DNA of 64,000 nt from Alistipes shahii (GCA_963598795.1 CAVBUY010000005.1:4298-68297); one strand, 5' to 3'. Shown: positions 43,598-53,227, counted from the stretch's first letter. Notes: generated from the sequence alone by a model not told the origin. Program-made: numbers and translations.

Positions 43598-44437
43598 TTA
43601 TTCTTTGACGATGCCTTCGCCGACTTGATAGCGAACGAAGGAGATGACCTCGACGCCTTTCTCTTTCAAGAATTGGCCGACGGTCTTGGAATCGTCGAGC
43701 AAGAACGGCTGAAGGGCCAAGCAGCTCTGAGACAAGACTTTGTCGACTTTGCGTTCGACGATTTGATTCAACATCTGCTCAGGCTTGTTGGCGAGTTTCG
43801 GATCGTCATGGACTTCGGCGAGAGCGATGTTCTTTTCTCTTTCTCTGTCAGCGGCCGGAACGTTTTCCAAAGCGATGTAGAGAGGGGCGTTCGCGGCGAT
43901 ATGCATGGCGATGGGTTTGGAAACTTCGGCATCATCCTTGGAAAGAAGGACGATAACACCGATTTTTCCAGCCATGTGGGAATAGGTTCCGTATGCTTGG
44001 CCAGCTTCTTTGTTGAAGATGGCATAACGACGGAAGTCGAGCTTTTCGCCACAGGCGATGGCGCAGTCATTCAAGTCACCGGCGACGAGCTCTTTGGCTT
44101 CGTCGATGGTGGCAGGCTTGTTCTTCAAGACTTTTTCCGCGACGGTGTTGGAGAAAGCGATGAATTTGTCGGAAGCGGCGACGAAGTCCGTTTCGCAGTT
44201 GGTTTCGACAATGACGGCAGCGCCGCATTTGTCGCAGACTTTGATTGTGGTCAAGCCTTCGCTGGCGGTTCTCCCGGCGCGTTTGGCTTGTTTGGCGATG
44301 CCTTTCTCACGGAGAAGGTCAATCGCTTTTTCAATGTCCCAGCCGCATTCTTCGAGAGCGTGCTTGCAATCCATCATGCCAGCACCGGTTCTTTCGCGGA
44401 TGGACTTGATTAATTCAATTTGATTTCCCTCGGCCAT
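43598..44437 (-). CDS. tsf: Elongation factor Ts
   Basis: 279 aa. The N-terminal UBA-like motif is IKSIRERTGAGMMDCKHALEE. The start overlaps the rpsB stop (TAATG). Confidence 0.95.
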   Translation of the reverse strand: MAEGNQIELIKSIRERTGAGMMDCKHALEECGWDIEKAIDLLREKGIAKQAKRAGRTASEGLTTIKVCDKCGAAVIVETNCETDFVAASDKFIAFSNTVAEKVLKNKPATIDEAKELVAGDLNDCAIACGEKLDFRRYAIFNKEAGQAYGTYSHMAGKIGVIVLLSKDDAEVSKPIAMHIAANAPLYIALENVPAADREREKNIALAEVHDDPKLANKPEQMLNQIVERKVDKVLSQSCLALQPFLLDDSKTVGQFLKEKGVEVISFVRYQVGEGIVKE

Positions 44438-45486
44438 TATTTGTTCTCCTCGGTTTTGACGGTTTCTTCGGCGGCAGTCTCTTCGGCCTTCACGGCTTCA
44501 TCGGCATTTTCGGCGACCTTTCCGTCTTTGGCAGCCTTCTTGGCGGCAAAGCGGGCTTGGCGTTCGGCCTGCATTTTGGCATAGCGTTCTTCGCGTTCCT
44601 TGCGGGCTTTGCGGATAGCGGCGCGACGTTGTTCGTTGATCATGTCAGCGTTCTTGACGGCGTCTTTCATGCTGGCTTCTTCGCCCTCGTCAGGGACATA
44701 GGCGATTTCGGTGATTCCACCCTTGGCTTCGACGATGGCGTCGGTCAAGACACCGACCAATAGCTTGATGGCGCTGGTGGCGTCATTGTTGGAAGGGATG
44801 GGGAAGGTGACCAAATCTGGATCATCGTTGGTATCGCAGATGGCGAATACGGGGATATGAAGAGCGGTAGCTTCCTTGACGGCGTTATGCTCAACGCTTG
44901 GATCGACGACAATCAAAGCTTGAGGCAAACGGCGCATTTCTTTTATGCCTTCAAGGTTCTTGGACAATTTTTCCAATTCTTTGCGAAGCAAGGCGACTTC
45001 CTTCTTGGGTAATTTGTCGAAAGCTCCGGATTCTTCCATGGCTTCCAAATCCTTCAAGCGGCGGGTGCGGCCGAGGATGGTGCGGAAGTTGGTAAGGGTT
45101 CCGCCGAGCCAACGATGGGTGATATAGAAGCTTCCGGAACGGGTGGCTTCTTCGACGACGATTTGCTGAGCTTGGTTCTTGGTTCCGACGATGAGGACCT
45201 TTCCGCCATTTTCGACGATGGTCTTCAAAGCGGCATAAGCGGCTTTGGTTTGCTCAACGCTCTTTGAAAGATCGATGAGATAAATGCCGTTGCGGGCGCC
45301 GTAGATATAACGACCCATTTTCGGGTTCCAGCGGCGGGTTTGATGTCCGAAATGGACACCGGCGTTCAAAAGTTTTTTGATCGTGATGATCGGGGCATTG
45401 GGATCGTGTACGATCTCTGCCATGGTCGTTTCGGCGACTTCAGCCTCGACCTTGTTCAATTCGTCACTCATTTTGGTGACCTCCAT
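44437..45486 (-). CDS. rpsB: 30S ribosomal protein S2 with a ~85-aa A/E/K-rich C-terminal extension
   Basis: LLNAGVHFGHQTRRWNPKM plus the conserved core. The start could be ATG 45486 or ATG 45471, which is preceded by GGAGG at 8 nt. Confidence 0.95.
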   Translation of the reverse strand: MEVTKMSDELNKVEAEVAETTMAEIVHDPNAPIITIKKLLNAGVHFGHQTRRWNPKMGRYIYGARNGIYLIDLSKSVEQTKAAYAALKTIVENGGKVLIVGTKNQAQQIVVEEATRSGSFYITHRWLGGTLTNFRTILGRTRRLKDLEAMEESGAFDKLPKKEVALLRKELEKLSKNLEGIKEMRRLPQALIVVDPSVEHNAVKEATALHIPVFAICDTNDDPDLVTFPIPSNNDATSAIKLLVGVLTDAIVEAKGGITEIAYVPDEGEEASMKDAVKNADMINEQRRAAIRKARKEREERYAKMQAERQARFAAKKAAKDGKVAENADEAVKAEETAAEETVKTEENK

Positions 45487-45634
45487 TTGTTTTTAGACCT
45501 CCCCTGATTCGAACACCTGACCACCCATTCGCTTTTTAAGCTGCTTCGCCCGAATGGGAACACGGCGGTGAATCCTCAGAGTGTGCATAGGCTCAATAAA
45601 AAGAGCCGAGACGTATGTTACCACGTACGCGGGA

Positions 45635-45661
45635 AATAAAAAAGCACTTCCTTATAGGAAG
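45635..45661 (-). terminator. Weak terminator-like hairpin after xerC
   Basis: On the minus strand: CTTCC-TATAA-GGAAG followed by TGCTTTTTTATTT. The stem is only 5 bp. Confidence 0.4.
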
Positions 45662-45682
45662 ATTCAAAAACGATAGGAAGTC

Positions 45683-46591
45683 TTATTTTTTCTTGGCTCG
45701 CGGAAAGAATTCGTCATATTGGCGTTTCATGTTTTCTTTGCTCACATGGGTATAAACCTGGGTGGTGTTCAAACTTTCGTGTCCAAGTAATTCCTGAATC
45801 ATCCTAAGATCCGCCCCTCCTTCCAATAAATGAGTGGCGAAGGTATGTCTGAATTCGTGAGGGTGGAGCCCATAGTAGCAACCCGTCTTTTTCTCGACTT
45901 CTTTTAAGATGTATTCCAAGCCTCTGGTGGTTAATGGATCGCCCTTTGACGAAAGAAAGAAAACATTGGCTATCTTCGAGCTTGAATGGCGGCTTAGTAA
46001 AAGAGGCCTAAGCTCTTTTTGGTATGATTTCATCGCCAACATCGCCGATTTCGAAAACGGGACCAATCGCTCTTTTTTCCCTTTTCCGAATACGCGAATT
46101 ACGCGGTTTGGATAATCTATCTGCTGAGGGGTGAAGCCCACTATTTCGGAAGCCCTCATGCCAGAGGTATATATCAATTCCAAAATCGCTTGGTCCCGCG
46201 TTTTCAACTCATCTGTTCTTTCGTTGTTTTTCTTCATCAAGGTATCTATTTGTTCCAATGAAAGGGCGCTTGGATAACGTATCGGCGTCTTCGGAGAAGA
46301 GACCAAAGCAAAAGGATTCGTTTCGACGTATTTTGCATCGAGCATGTATGTATAGAAAGTCCGCAAGGCAGACATCCTTCTCTGAATGGTCCTTTTGGAT
46401 ATTCCCCTATCAAGTTCAAAAGATAGGAAATCCCTTATTTCTTGTTTTCCAACTTGATCGAAAAGAATGTCATTTTCGTTGATGAAAGAGAAAAAATCCT
46501 CAATGTCCCGACGATAGGCTTCGACGGTTTTTTGGGAATAGTTTCTTTCCTTTGAAAGATGGTCCAAAAATTCTCTTTCGGGCTTATTCAT
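45683..46591 (-). CDS. xerC: Tyrosine recombinase XerC/CodV family
   Basis: 302 aa. N-terminal SAM-like domain, and the catalytic region ASGMRASE ... HPHEFRHTFATHLLEGGADLRMIQELLGHESLNTTQVYTHV. Confidence 0.85.
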   Translation of the reverse strand: MNKPEREFLDHLSKERNYSQKTVEAYRRDIEDFFSFINENDILFDQVGKQEIRDFLSFELDRGISKRTIQRRMSALRTFYTYMLDAKYVETNPFALVSSPKTPIRYPSALSLEQIDTLMKKNNERTDELKTRDQAILELIYTSGMRASEIVGFTPQQIDYPNRVIRVFGKGKKERLVPFSKSAMLAMKSYQKELRPLLLSRHSSSKIANVFFLSSKGDPLTTRGLEYILKEVEKKTGCYYGLHPHEFRHTFATHLLEGGADLRMIQELLGHESLNTTQVYTHVSKENMKRQYDEFFPRAKKK

Positions 46592-47870
46592 TTGCTTGAC
46601 TCCAATACGATTCTATCGCATTTAGAGCTTTTTCGATTGTTATTTCTCGATGTTTTTTATCGCTAGAGGGGAACAAAGCCCAATTGGCATTCATGGGGGA
46701 GAAATTGACGGTAGCGTGAAATACGTAATCCAATAACGCCCCAATCACGGTGTCGGTAGGCACTTTTATGTGTTCTTTTCCCATTAACCTTCTATAAGCT
46801 TCTATAGCTGAAATAATGCCGGTCGCCGCGGATTCCACATAGCCTTCCACGCCCGATAATTGTCCGGCGACGAAAACGTTGTTTTTGTTCTTTAACGACA
46901 TATCTTCGTTTAGGCAATTCGGCGAATCCAAATAAGAATTCCTATGCATCAATCCGTATCTGACGAATTCCGCGTTTTCCAATCCCGGAATCATCCTAAA
47001 GACTCTTTTTTGTTCGGGATAAGTCAAATTGGTTTGGAATCCGACAAGATTATAGCAATCGCCCAATTTGCTATCTTGCCTCAATTGGGCGACAGCATAG
47101 GGTTTTGGATGTTCGTCCGTAGCAAGCCCAAAGGGCTTTAGCATGCCATGTCTTAAAGTTTCCATGCCTCTGGAAGCCATTATCTCAATGGGCAAGCAGC
47201 CTTCGAAATATTCGGTGTCGATGGAATGGATGTGGGCTTTCTCGGCTTTTAACAATTCTTCGACGAAATGATAGTATTCGTCCTTCGTAAACGGGCAATT
47301 CAAATAAGCATCGTCGTCTTGAGAGAAACGCGATTTGGCATAGACTTTGGAAAAATCGAAAGAGGATTTCTTCAAAATCGGCGCGGAGGCGTCAAAGAAA
47401 GAAAGGTGCTTGCTTTTGCATATCTCGCCCAATTCCTCATATAGGACCCCATCCGTTAACGGACCGGTCGATAATATGGTCAAATCATCGTCCAAATGGG
47501 TGATTTCTTCTCTTATCAAATGGAAATTCGGAAACTCCAAAAGGATTTCGGTCATTGCCTTGGCAAACAGTTCCCTATCCACCGTCAAAGCGTTCCCGCC
47601 GGGGATGGAAGAAACTTCCGCCGCCTTCATCATAATGGATCCCATCTTCTTCATTTCTTCTTTTAACAACCCGCAGGCATTCGAAAGTTGGAAGGATTTT
47701 AAGGAATTGGAGCAAACCAATTCGCCAAGCAAATCGGTTTCGTGGGCTTTGTCGTCATAATTTGGGCGTCGTTCGTATAAATAGACCTCCACCCCTTTTT
47801 TGCACAAAAAATAAGCGGCTTCCGCCCCAGCCAATCCACCGCCTATTATTTTTATCGACTTCTTTTCCAT
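46584..47870 (-). CDS. trmFO: Methylenetetrahydrofolate--tRNA-(uracil54-C5)-methyltransferase TrmFO (Gid)
   Basis: IKIIGGGLAGAEAA FAD loop and a Gid-type core. The start is placed at ATG 47870, which overlaps the topA stop (TAATG). Confidence 0.9.
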   Translation of the reverse strand: MEKKSIKIIGGGLAGAEAAYFLCKKGVEVYLYERRPNYDDKAHETDLLGELVCSNSLKSFQLSNACGLLKEEMKKMGSIMMKAAEVSSIPGGNALTVDRELFAKAMTEILLEFPNFHLIREEITHLDDDLTILSTGPLTDGVLYEELGEICKSKHLSFFDASAPILKKSSFDFSKVYAKSRFSQDDDAYLNCPFTKDEYYHFVEELLKAEKAHIHSIDTEYFEGCLPIEIMASRGMETLRHGMLKPFGLATDEHPKPYAVAQLRQDSKLGDCYNLVGFQTNLTYPEQKRVFRMIPGLENAEFVRYGLMHRNSYLDSPNCLNEDMSLKNKNNVFVAGQLSGVEGYVESAATGIISAIEAYRRLMGKEHIKVPTDTVIGALLDYVFHATVNFSPMNANWALFPSSDKKHREITIEKALNAIESYWSQANE

Positions 47871-49966
47871 TATTTTTTCTTCGGGAGCCATTCGTGGTAC
47901 TTGCACTTTGGGAAATTGGTGCAGCCATAGAAATCGACTCTTCTGCCGTGTTTCAAAACCAAATGACCGGTCTTACATTCCGGACAATCCTTGATGTAAT
48001 CGGATTCCTTATATCCCAACTCTGCCCCTTCGATATATGTGCAATTAGGGTAGCCAGAACAAGCCACGAATGTATGGCCCTTCTTGTCTTTTCTTTCCAC
48101 CAATGGTTTCCCGCACGAAGGGCAATCGCGTCCAACATAAACCAATTCTTGCTTCGGTTTCTTTTCGACATATGAGCATTTTGGATAATTGCTGCAGGCC
48201 ACAAATTGGCCATACCTTCCCTTTTTGATTACCAAAGGAGAGCCACAAAGCGGGCAATTATGTCCCGTTTGCTCATCTGGATCTTTATACATCCTTTCGG
48301 AAACCTCGCCGAATTTTTCCATAAAAGGCTTATAGAAACCATTCATGGCATCCAATCTATTCAAAGAGCCTTCAGATATTTCGTCCAAGGTGTTTTCCAT
48401 TTCGGCCGTGTATTTGACCGATACGATTTCCGGGAAATATTTGTTCAAAACGAAAGTGGTCTTGCTGCCTGATTCGGTAGGGGTAACCACGCCTTTTTTC
48501 GAATCGATGTAGCCACGTTGCTGGAGGGTGCGTAAGGTTGAGGCGTAAGTAGAAGGCCTCCCTATCCCCTTTTCTTCCATCAATTTGACTATCTTGGCTT
48601 CCGTATATCTGGCTGGCGCTTTGGTGAATTTTTGCTCTTTGTTTTTTTCTAGCAGAGAGTAGCTCTTGCCTTCTTCCAAATCCGGCAATTCTTTGTCTTC
48701 GTCCCCGTCTTTCAATAAAACGCAATAACCGGGGAACAAGGTTTTATAACCCGAGATTTTAAAAGATAGCCCATTGCCTTCGAAGATCGCCATGGTGACT
48801 TCTTCGATGCGATCCGACATCAAGCTGGCCAAGGTGCGTTCGTAAATCAATTTGTAAAGTTTGGCCTCATCGGAAGTGACAAAAGGAGAAGCGGCGACCA
48901 TTTCCGGCGTGCGGGCCAATGATGTTGGCCTTATGGCTTCGTGGGCGTCTTGGGCATTGGCTTGCTTCTTTCCCAATTTGGTGTGTCCGACGTATTCTTT
49001 GCCATACTTTTCTTCGATGAAAGGCTTGGCTTGGCCTTCAAAGAAAACGGGCGAAATACGCGTGGAATCGGTACGCATATAAGTTATCAAACCGGCATGT
49101 TCGTTGTTAACGGTCAAACCTTCATATAATTTCTGAGCCAAAGACTGAGTTTTGGAAGTCGAGAAATGGTAGCGCGCATAGGCTTCTTGCTGCATGGTGG
49201 AAGTCGTCAAAGCGGGTTTAGAAGGAACGCTTTTTTTGACCGTGTTTAAGTTAGTTAGGGTCAAAGAATCCCCCAAACGGGCCAAAATCGCGTCGGCTTC
49301 GGCCTCGTTTTTCACATTGGCCCCTTTGCCATCGACCTTATCCAAGGTCATGCTAAGCTTGCGTTTGCCAATCTTAAGCTCAATGGTGATATCCCAGTAT
49401 TCTTCCGGGACAAAAGATTTTATCTCATTGTCGTTGTCCACGATCATCTTCAAAGTCGCGGACTGAACGCGTCCGGCGGATTTGGAACCGATCCTATTTT
49501 TGAGCAAAGCGGACAATTTGAAGCCGATGATTCTATCAAACATCCTTCTGGTTTCTTGGGATTCGACCAAATTCATATCGATGGTTTTGGGGTCATTTAA
49601 AGCCTCCAATATGGCAGGCTTGGTGATTTCGTGGAATTGAAGCCTCTTATTGGTTTTAACATCCAACCCCAAAACTTTCGCCAAGTGCCAAGAGATGGCT
49701 TCTCCTTCGCGGTCAGGGTCGGTAGCCAATATGACTTCGTCGGCTTTCTTGGCCGCGTTTTTCAATTCGTTCACGATGCGTTCGCGACCGGCAGGGATAA
49801 TAAAATCTGGCTTGAAGTCATGTTCGATGTCGATACCTAAGCCTCCCTTCCCTTTGGTGCTTAAATCGCGAATATGGCCTTGGCTAGCCATGACTTTATA
49901 GTCATCACCAAGGTAATGGGCGATGGTGTCGCATTTTTTCGGAGATTCAACGATTATTAGTTTCAT
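47870..49966 (-). CDS. topA: DNA topoisomerase I
   Basis: 698 aa. Toprim domain (MKLIIVESPKK, ATDPDREGE), active-site region YMRTDS, and three C-terminal C4 zinc ribbons. Confidence 0.95.
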   Translation of the reverse strand: MKLIIVESPKKCDTIAHYLGDDYKVMASQGHIRDLSTKGKGGLGIDIEHDFKPDFIIPAGRERIVNELKNAAKKADEVILATDPDREGEAISWHLAKVLGLDVKTNKRLQFHEITKPAILEALNDPKTIDMNLVESQETRRMFDRIIGFKLSALLKNRIGSKSAGRVQSATLKMIVDNDNEIKSFVPEEYWDITIELKIGKRKLSMTLDKVDGKGANVKNEAEADAILARLGDSLTLTNLNTVKKSVPSKPALTTSTMQQEAYARYHFSTSKTQSLAQKLYEGLTVNNEHAGLITYMRTDSTRISPVFFEGQAKPFIEEKYGKEYVGHTKLGKKQANAQDAHEAIRPTSLARTPEMVAASPFVTSDEAKLYKLIYERTLASLMSDRIEEVTMAIFEGNGLSFKISGYKTLFPGYCVLLKDGDEDKELPDLEEGKSYSLLEKNKEQKFTKAPARYTEAKIVKLMEEKGIGRPSTYASTLRTLQQRGYIDSKKGVVTPTESGSKTTFVLNKYFPEIVSVKYTAEMENTLDEISEGSLNRLDAMNGFYKPFMEKFGEVSERMYKDPDEQTGHNCPLCGSPLVIKKGRYGQFVACSNYPKCSYVEKKPKQELVYVGRDCPSCGKPLVERKDKKGHTFVACSGYPNCTYIEGAELGYKESDYIKDCPECKTGHLVLKHGRRVDFYGCTNFPKCKYHEWLPKKK

Positions 49967-50090
49967 GATGCAGCAATTCTTAAATTTTTCGTTAGCAACC
50001 TTACGAGCATTTTAAAAGGCTGTCAAGCAAGCAAAATGGGGAATGCCTATATATAAATAAAGGATTATTTATAGAAATTTTTCATAATTT

Positions 50091-50870
50091 TCATTTCTCC
50101 GCCGTAAGAAATGAATCCAAGTCCGATTCTTCGTCCAAAAGGTAGGCTCCTTCCTTTATCAAGGTATTGGTCGCGGCCTCTTTGCAAGCTAAGGAAGGAA
50201 CGCAGGCAATTTCCGCTCCGCAAGATAAACCATACCCCACCGTTATCAACGTTCCGCTTTTCTTTGAGGCCTCCCCGACGATTATAAGATTCGACAATGC
50301 GGCGATGATCCTGTTTCTAAAGGGAAATTGTTTGGGGCTAGGCGGGGTATTTCCGGGATATTCGGACAATATAAGTCCATCTGTCTTAATCCTTTTATAT
50401 AAGTTGCTCGAAGTTAAAGGAAATGGGAAATCTATCCCCGAGCCCAAAATGGCGATGGTTTTCCCTCTTTGATTTAATACTTCCTCTTGGGCGCATGAAT
50501 CTATGCCTCTGGCTAAACCAGAAACCACCACCGCCCCTTTTTTGACTAAGGCATTGCTAAAATATTTGGCCATATCCAAGCCATATGGGCTGGCGTCCCT
50601 ACTTCCGATATAGGCCACGTTTCTCTTCCTTTCGCTTGCCAACGACAAATCCCCGTAATAGAAAAGGACCATCGGGGGTTTTGGGCATCTTTTTAGCGAT
50701 TGAGGATAATCGCTATCGATTATTGTGACGGCCTTGCATTTCATTTCAGAAAGCAATTTGTTGGCTTCCTCTTCCTCTATCTTTTCTTTGTTTTTGATGA
50801 TTTTTAACAAAGCGTCCCAATCGCCGTTAACCTTAATGGCCGAAGCAATGAGAATGTCTCTTCCGTTCAT
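50091..50870 (-). CDS. dprA: DNA processing protein DprA (Smf)
   Basis: 259 aa. Rossmann-like core GSRDASPYG ... VVSGLARGIDSCAQEE ... FPFRNRIIAALS. Confidence 0.8.
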   Translation of the reverse strand: MNGRDILIASAIKVNGDWDALLKIIKNKEKIEEEEANKLLSEMKCKAVTIIDSDYPQSLKRCPKPPMVLFYYGDLSLASERKRNVAYIGSRDASPYGLDMAKYFSNALVKKGAVVVSGLARGIDSCAQEEVLNQRGKTIAILGSGIDFPFPLTSSNLYKRIKTDGLILSEYPGNTPPSPKQFPFRNRIIAALSNLIIVGEASKKSGTLITVGYGLSCGAEIACVPSLACKEAATNTLIKEGAYLLDEESDLDSFLTAEK

Positions 50871-50913
50871 AAATAACCTCCTTTTCCTTATAACGGATAA
50901 AGAAGGTTCTTTT

Positions 50914-51531
50914 CTAAAATAATTTCATTTGTTCCAAAAATATATCTCTGACTGGCCTAAAACTCTTCCGATGCACGCCTTCTATCGGGCCGTATGCTTT
51001 CAAGGCTTCCAAATGATCTTTGGTCCCATAGCCTTTGTGCTTGGCGAATTTGTATTCGGGGTATTTCTCATCTAGTTCTTTTAGGTATCTGTCTCTAGTA
51101 ACCTTCGCCAATATCGAAGCCCCGGCCACATTCAAACATTTAGCGTCGCCTTTTACTAAGGCAACAACGGGCTTATCCATATCCAATTTCATCGCGTCGG
51201 TGATGATAAGGTCGTATTTGCCATTTAATTGCTTTAAAGCCTCTTTCATCGCCACTTTGGTGGCCTCATATATATTTATCCTGTCTATCTCTTCGGCCGA
51301 GACGAAAGCTATCCCATAAGCTATCGCGTTCTTTTTTATTTCTTCATATAGCTCTTCCCTTTTCTTTTCACTGAGCTTTTTAGAATCGTTAATATCCTCA
51401 TTTTGATAGGAAGGCGGGAAAATGACCGCCGCCGCTACGACCGGTCCGGCCAAAGGCCCTCTCCCGGCCTCGTCCACCCCGGCGATGAGTTTGACGCTTT
51501 CGGAATAATATTCTCTTTCTTTATTTAGCAT
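50914..51531 (-). CDS. rnhB: Ribonuclease HII
   Basis: 205 aa. GVDEAGRGPLAGPVVAAAV and DSKKLS motifs. Confidence 0.9.
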   Translation of the reverse strand: MLNKEREYYSESVKLIAGVDEAGRGPLAGPVVAAAVIFPPSYQNEDINDSKKLSEKKREELYEEIKKNAIAYGIAFVSAEEIDRINIYEATKVAMKEALKQLNGKYDLIITDAMKLDMDKPVVALVKGDAKCLNVAGASILAKVTRDRYLKELDEKYPEYKFAKHKGYGTKDHLEALKAYGPIEGVHRKSFRPVRDIFLEQMKLF

Positions 51532-52387
51532 TTGGCTCCTCTAAGGAAATCCTTCCTAAATACCCGGCTTGGAATTCTTTTATTAGCAAAGAACAGGCTT
51601 TTTCTATGTCTGGCACGCCACCTTTAAGCAAATATCCGCGCTTAGAGGCGATCAAAGAGAATATTTCTTCGTTCGACGTTTCGCTATTGACGGAAATCTC
51701 ATATCTTTCATTCAAGGAAGGCAAATAACGGGTTTTTAGGATATTTAGCAAACAATCGGATAACTCGGCAATCGGCAACACCTCTTCTTTTATGGAACCA
51801 ACCAAAGCCAAATTGATAGCCGCGTTTTTATCTTCGTATCTCATTGGCAATATGCCCGGAGAATCCAACAAAACGAATGAGGATGGGAGTTTTATCCATT
51901 GCTCGGCCCTGGTAACGCCCGGTTTGTTTCCGGCCTTGGCCACTTGCTTTCCCGCCAAGTTGTTGATGAGGGTGGATTTCCCGACGTTGGGGACCCCAAC
52001 GATCAATAAACGGCAAGGCTGGGGTTTCATGCCTTTCTTTTCCTCTTTCGCCCTCTTAGCTTCGATATAAGGCTTGGCCGCTTCTTCTATTAGTTTCATG
52101 GCTTTTTCGTGCTTAAGGTCCGAGGAGGCGACCATGACGTTATTGCTTTTGAAATATTCCTTCCATTCTTTAAGTATTGATGAATCAGCCAAATCTTCTT
52201 TCGATAAAAAAACGACCCTGGCCTTATTGCCAATCAATTTATCCAATAAGGGGTTTCTGGATGATAAAGGGATTCTCGAATCCACGACCTCGATGACCAA
52301 ATCGATGGCGGATATGAATTTTTCCAACGATATCAAGGCCTTTTTCATATGCCCTGGGAAATAATGAACGTTCTTTTGCTGATTCAT
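51521..52387 (-). CDS. rbgA: Ribosome biogenesis GTPase A (YlqF/RbgA)
   Basis: 288 aa circularly permuted GTPase. HYFPGHMKKA, LSKEDL, GVPNVGKSTLIN, DSPG. Confidence 0.9.
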   Translation of the reverse strand: MNQQKNVHYFPGHMKKALISLEKFISAIDLVIEVVDSRIPLSSRNPLLDKLIGNKARVVFLSKEDLADSSILKEWKEYFKSNNVMVASSDLKHEKAMKLIEEAAKPYIEAKRAKEEKKGMKPQPCRLLIVGVPNVGKSTLINNLAGKQVAKAGNKPGVTRAEQWIKLPSSFVLLDSPGILPMRYEDKNAAINLALVGSIKEEVLPIAELSDCLLNILKTRYLPSLNERYEISVNSETSNEEIFSLIASKRGYLLKGGVPDIEKACSLLIKEFQAGYLGRISLEEPNAK

Positions 52388-52460
52388 GGATACATTTTAT
52401 CTTTTAGTTGATATTAGGTAAAGAAAAGGCCCGCCACAGGCGAGCCGACTTTTCTTCTGA

Positions 52461-52814
52461 TTACTTGCTCTCGACTTCTTTGATACGAGCAGCCTTGCCA
52501 GAGAGACGACGCATGTAGTAGATGCGGGCACGGCGGACTTTACCGACCTTGAGGACATCGATTTTGGCGATGGCCGGGGAATTGACCGGGAAAGTTCTTT
52601 CCACACCGATGCCAGCGGACATCTTACGGACGGTGAAGGTCTCGCTGATTCCTTCGCCGCGACGTTTGATGACGACGCCTTCGAAGGCCTGGATACGTTC
52701 CTTTTTGCCTTCGACGATGCGGACGTAGACCTTGACGGTGTCGCCGCCTTTGAAGGAAGGAATGTCAGTGCGGATCTGGCGGGCGGTAATCTCATTCACG
52801 ATATTGGTATTCAT
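52461..52814 (-). CDS. rplS: 50S ribosomal protein L19
   Basis: 117 aa. [12 protein letters not shown] ... [11 protein letters not shown] ... [19 protein letters not shown] upstream. Confidence 0.95.
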   Translation of the reverse strand: MNTNIVNEITARQIRTDIPSFKGGDTVKVYVRIVEGKKERIQAFEGVVIKRRGEGISETFTVRKMSAGIGVERTFPVNSPAIAKIDVLKVGKVRRARIYYMRRLSGKAARIKEVESK

Positions 52815-52907
52815 GATATGTTACCTCCTTTTTTCGATTGTTTTTCTTAGTAGGTTCACAGTCTTTCCTGGCGGACCCCACGCATCGCCCTTTCGGACGC
52901 AAGAAAA

Positions 52908-52936
52908 ATCATACGCTCATAAAACGCTACGCGCAA
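52908..52936 (-). promoter_or_regulatory. Candidate sigma-A promoter of rplS
   Basis: On the minus strand: TTGCGC, 17 nt, TATGAT. This predicts an ~85-nt 5' UTR that begins with a GNRA-loop hairpin (GCGTCC-GAAA-GGGCGA, 52885-52900). Confidence 0.4.
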
Positions 52937-53095
52937 CGATTAATGGCGCGCACGTGAATTTCCCGTGAATTCCAAAACTTAAGTCAGCTTATTAACCGTA
53001 ACCGGAAATAAGTCCCGTAATATAAAATGTCCTCGTTTCCCAACTACAGAAAATGAGGACACGAAAACGATAACACATTGGACACATTTCGACCT

Positions 53096-53227
53096 ATGGC
53101 AAAAGAAAACCATCGCAGCATGCTTGCGAAAGGGCTCCGGCTCAAGGACATGTCGGGAATCCTCGGGGTGGACCCCGCCTCGATATCGAAGGAGATAAGA
53201 CGCAACCGGACCCAAATTGCCAGATGA
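53096..53227 (+). mobile_element. IS30-family transposase N-terminal HTH fragment (43-codon remnant)
   Basis: Translates to MAKENHRSMLAKGLRLKDMSGILGVDPASISKEIRRNRTQIAR*. The pattern xLGVxPSTISREIxRN is the HTH_38 signature of IS30-type transposases. No DDE domain follows. The local GC content is clearly above that of the flanks. Confidence 0.45.

Noticed and set aside
43625-44413. 262-aa plus-strand ORF (and the 121-aa ORF at 44058-44423) antisense to tsf
   Set aside because: tsf is unambiguous. These antisense frames stay open only because of the GC-rich third-position bias of this highly expressed gene, and they give D/G/F-rich nonsense sequence.
52397-52795. 132-aa minus-strand ORF overlapping rplS in another frame
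   Set aside because: The translation is an R/S/A/P-rich low-complexity product, whereas the L19 frame contains all the family motifs and has the RBS.
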